From Mobula hypostoma (taxonomy: Eukaryota): a DNA stretch of 64,000 bases. How positions within the stretch are numbered: position 1 is the stretch's first letter; every line of letters begins with the position of its first letter. The notes under the pieces are model-generated. The model made no database searches. It was given only the letters and a program-made list of their open reading frames with translations, and was not told the DNA's origin. Below are positions 62,380 through 64,000 of the stretch, piece by piece. Location of the stretch: positions 190,776,001-190,840,000 of the forward strand of contig NC_086097.1 in the NCBI RefSeq assembly GCF_963921235.1, in the 5' to 3' direction. The translations under genes were made by a program, and so were the position numbers.

Positions 62380-63850
62380 CTATAAAAGTAATTTTACATT
62401 AACTGTTTATGTTCAATAAAATGACAATCACCTTTAAATCTTTTCCCACCTTTGCTAAAGAGTTTATTTTTATAGCAGTCATCAATTTCATATAATCTTC
62501 TTCAGTGTGCCTTGCTTGACATTTATTACTGAAATCCATTTGTAATTCCTTAATGTTTTGCTTAGCTGGTCTATAATCCTTTGAATATTTATTAATCTGC
62601 CTTACATAAATCACAGGCCAGGCAACTTAAGGTCATCAATAAATATAATATTTAAAATAAGAACCCTCCACCTGATCATTTACTGCATTGTAAATAGCAA
62701 GTGAGCCAAAAGACACTCCCTCAGAAACACTAATGTCACTGCCTTCAAACATATCTTGTTATTTTTGATTACTTTCAGTATTTTTCAATAAAAACAATTT
62801 TAACTCCAACTCGTATTACACATGGATCTAGGCCAAGTGTCTTCTGAAAATCCACATAATTATATCCATTGGGTAGACCTCGCTTATTGAATATTTACTT
62901 CATCAAACAATTCTGGCAGATTTGTAAGGCATGACCTTTTGCTTCTAAATCCATGATGGCTGCTTCTTACGAATTCTGTCAACTTTAGATGAATATTAAT
63001 AAGACAATTTAAAAATTCTTCTGGAGGGATTTAGGGGAATTGATCAATTGCTCTTCAATCTCTATTTCTTTTTCAAATAGCAAATAGTGAATATTTAAAA
63101 AATAAAGTACTCATATGGAACATAATTTCTGGTCTATTTATTTTGATTATTGTATATAAATGGCATTTTTTGTGATGTCGTCCCAGCTGATAAAATAAGG
63201 TTTATTTGCATTGAAGTTGGTCAGACAATTGTGTGCTATCCAAGATAAGATCATCAAGAAGACCAGCAGGAGTAGGGTGTTTGGCCCCCTTGTCTTTCCT
63301 CAGCTACTTAATCAGATTATGGATGATCTTTCATTGCAGTGGCACTTCTCTGTATTAAACCCATATCCCTTGACTGCATTAATATCTAAAGAAAAATCTA
63401 TTGATTGTCTTCCTTGAATATACTCAGTGACTGGACATTTGTAGCTCTGTTAGGTAGTGAAATCCAAACAGTTACAACCTCCGGAATGAAGAGCATTCTT
63501 CCCTACTCCACCTTGAAAAGTCATCACATAATTTTGAGATTGTGACAACTTGTTCCAGTATCCCAGCCATAGAAAATTTCAACTCCGTATCTGTCCTGAA
63601 AATCCTAAAAGAATTTTGTTATTTCAGTGAAGTCACCTTTCTTCCTCTTTGGCTCAAAGGAGTTCAGGGGCAGTCAAGTTAATCCCTCCTCCCAGCATAA
63701 ATGCTTCAGAAATCGTTTTTTGTAAACTCCCTTTATCACAAATATACCCTTCTTAGATAAGGAGAAAAAGATCTCTGCACAAAATCCTTGATGATCTTGT
63801 GGAGCGGCTCTATATGATTGGAACAATATGTCTGCATTCTTGTACTCAAA
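62380..63850 (-). mobile_element. Decayed CR1 fragments (~62380-62970 and 63240-63850)
   Basis: Minus remnants QPSWI*KQKVMPYKSARIV (QHGF...SCLTNL-like), YVDFQK, and a CR1 3'UTR at 63255-63400. Confidence 0.55.
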
Positions 63851-64000
63851 CCATAGAGTCATAGTTATCCTGGTAGAAACAGGCCATTAGACTTATCAAG
63901 TCTTTGCTGACAATTGAGTACCTACTTACACTAATCCCATTGTTTATACTTCCCACATTTCTATCAAGTCTCTAACCAACCCTGCTCCCCCAATCTCTCA

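Overview
Eukaryotic, vertebrate-type non-coding DNA (intron or intergenic), not prokaryotic. I found no host protein-coding exon, rRNA, tRNA gene or CRISPR array. Most recognisable sequence is transposable elements, often nested several layers deep. These include many CR1 LINEs (two near-identical young copies, one with an 860-aa open EN/RT frame), L2, Rex1/Babar, a Vingi-like LINE, a Nimb/I-clade tail, and Penelope-like elements (PLEs) with GIY-YIG endonuclease, inverted ends and minimal hammerhead-ribozyme motifs. There is also a decayed full-length Gypsy provirus (two LTRs, tRNA-Trp-type PBS, ATGC TSD), four solo-LTR candidates, several tRNA-derived SINEs, a bipartite RTE-derived element and a split Tc1/mariner-like MITE. 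The repeat repertoire suggests a cartilaginous fish, probably a ray; this is inference from recalled repeat families, not a search result. The most notable signals are the loop-less hammerhead motifs in foldback PLEs, two structured composite SINEs, a ~630-bp 3'UTR-like insert inside a Rex1 copy, and a POU/octamer motif cluster in unique DNA. I see no convincing evidence for a wholly new biological system; family names were assigned by eye from motifs.
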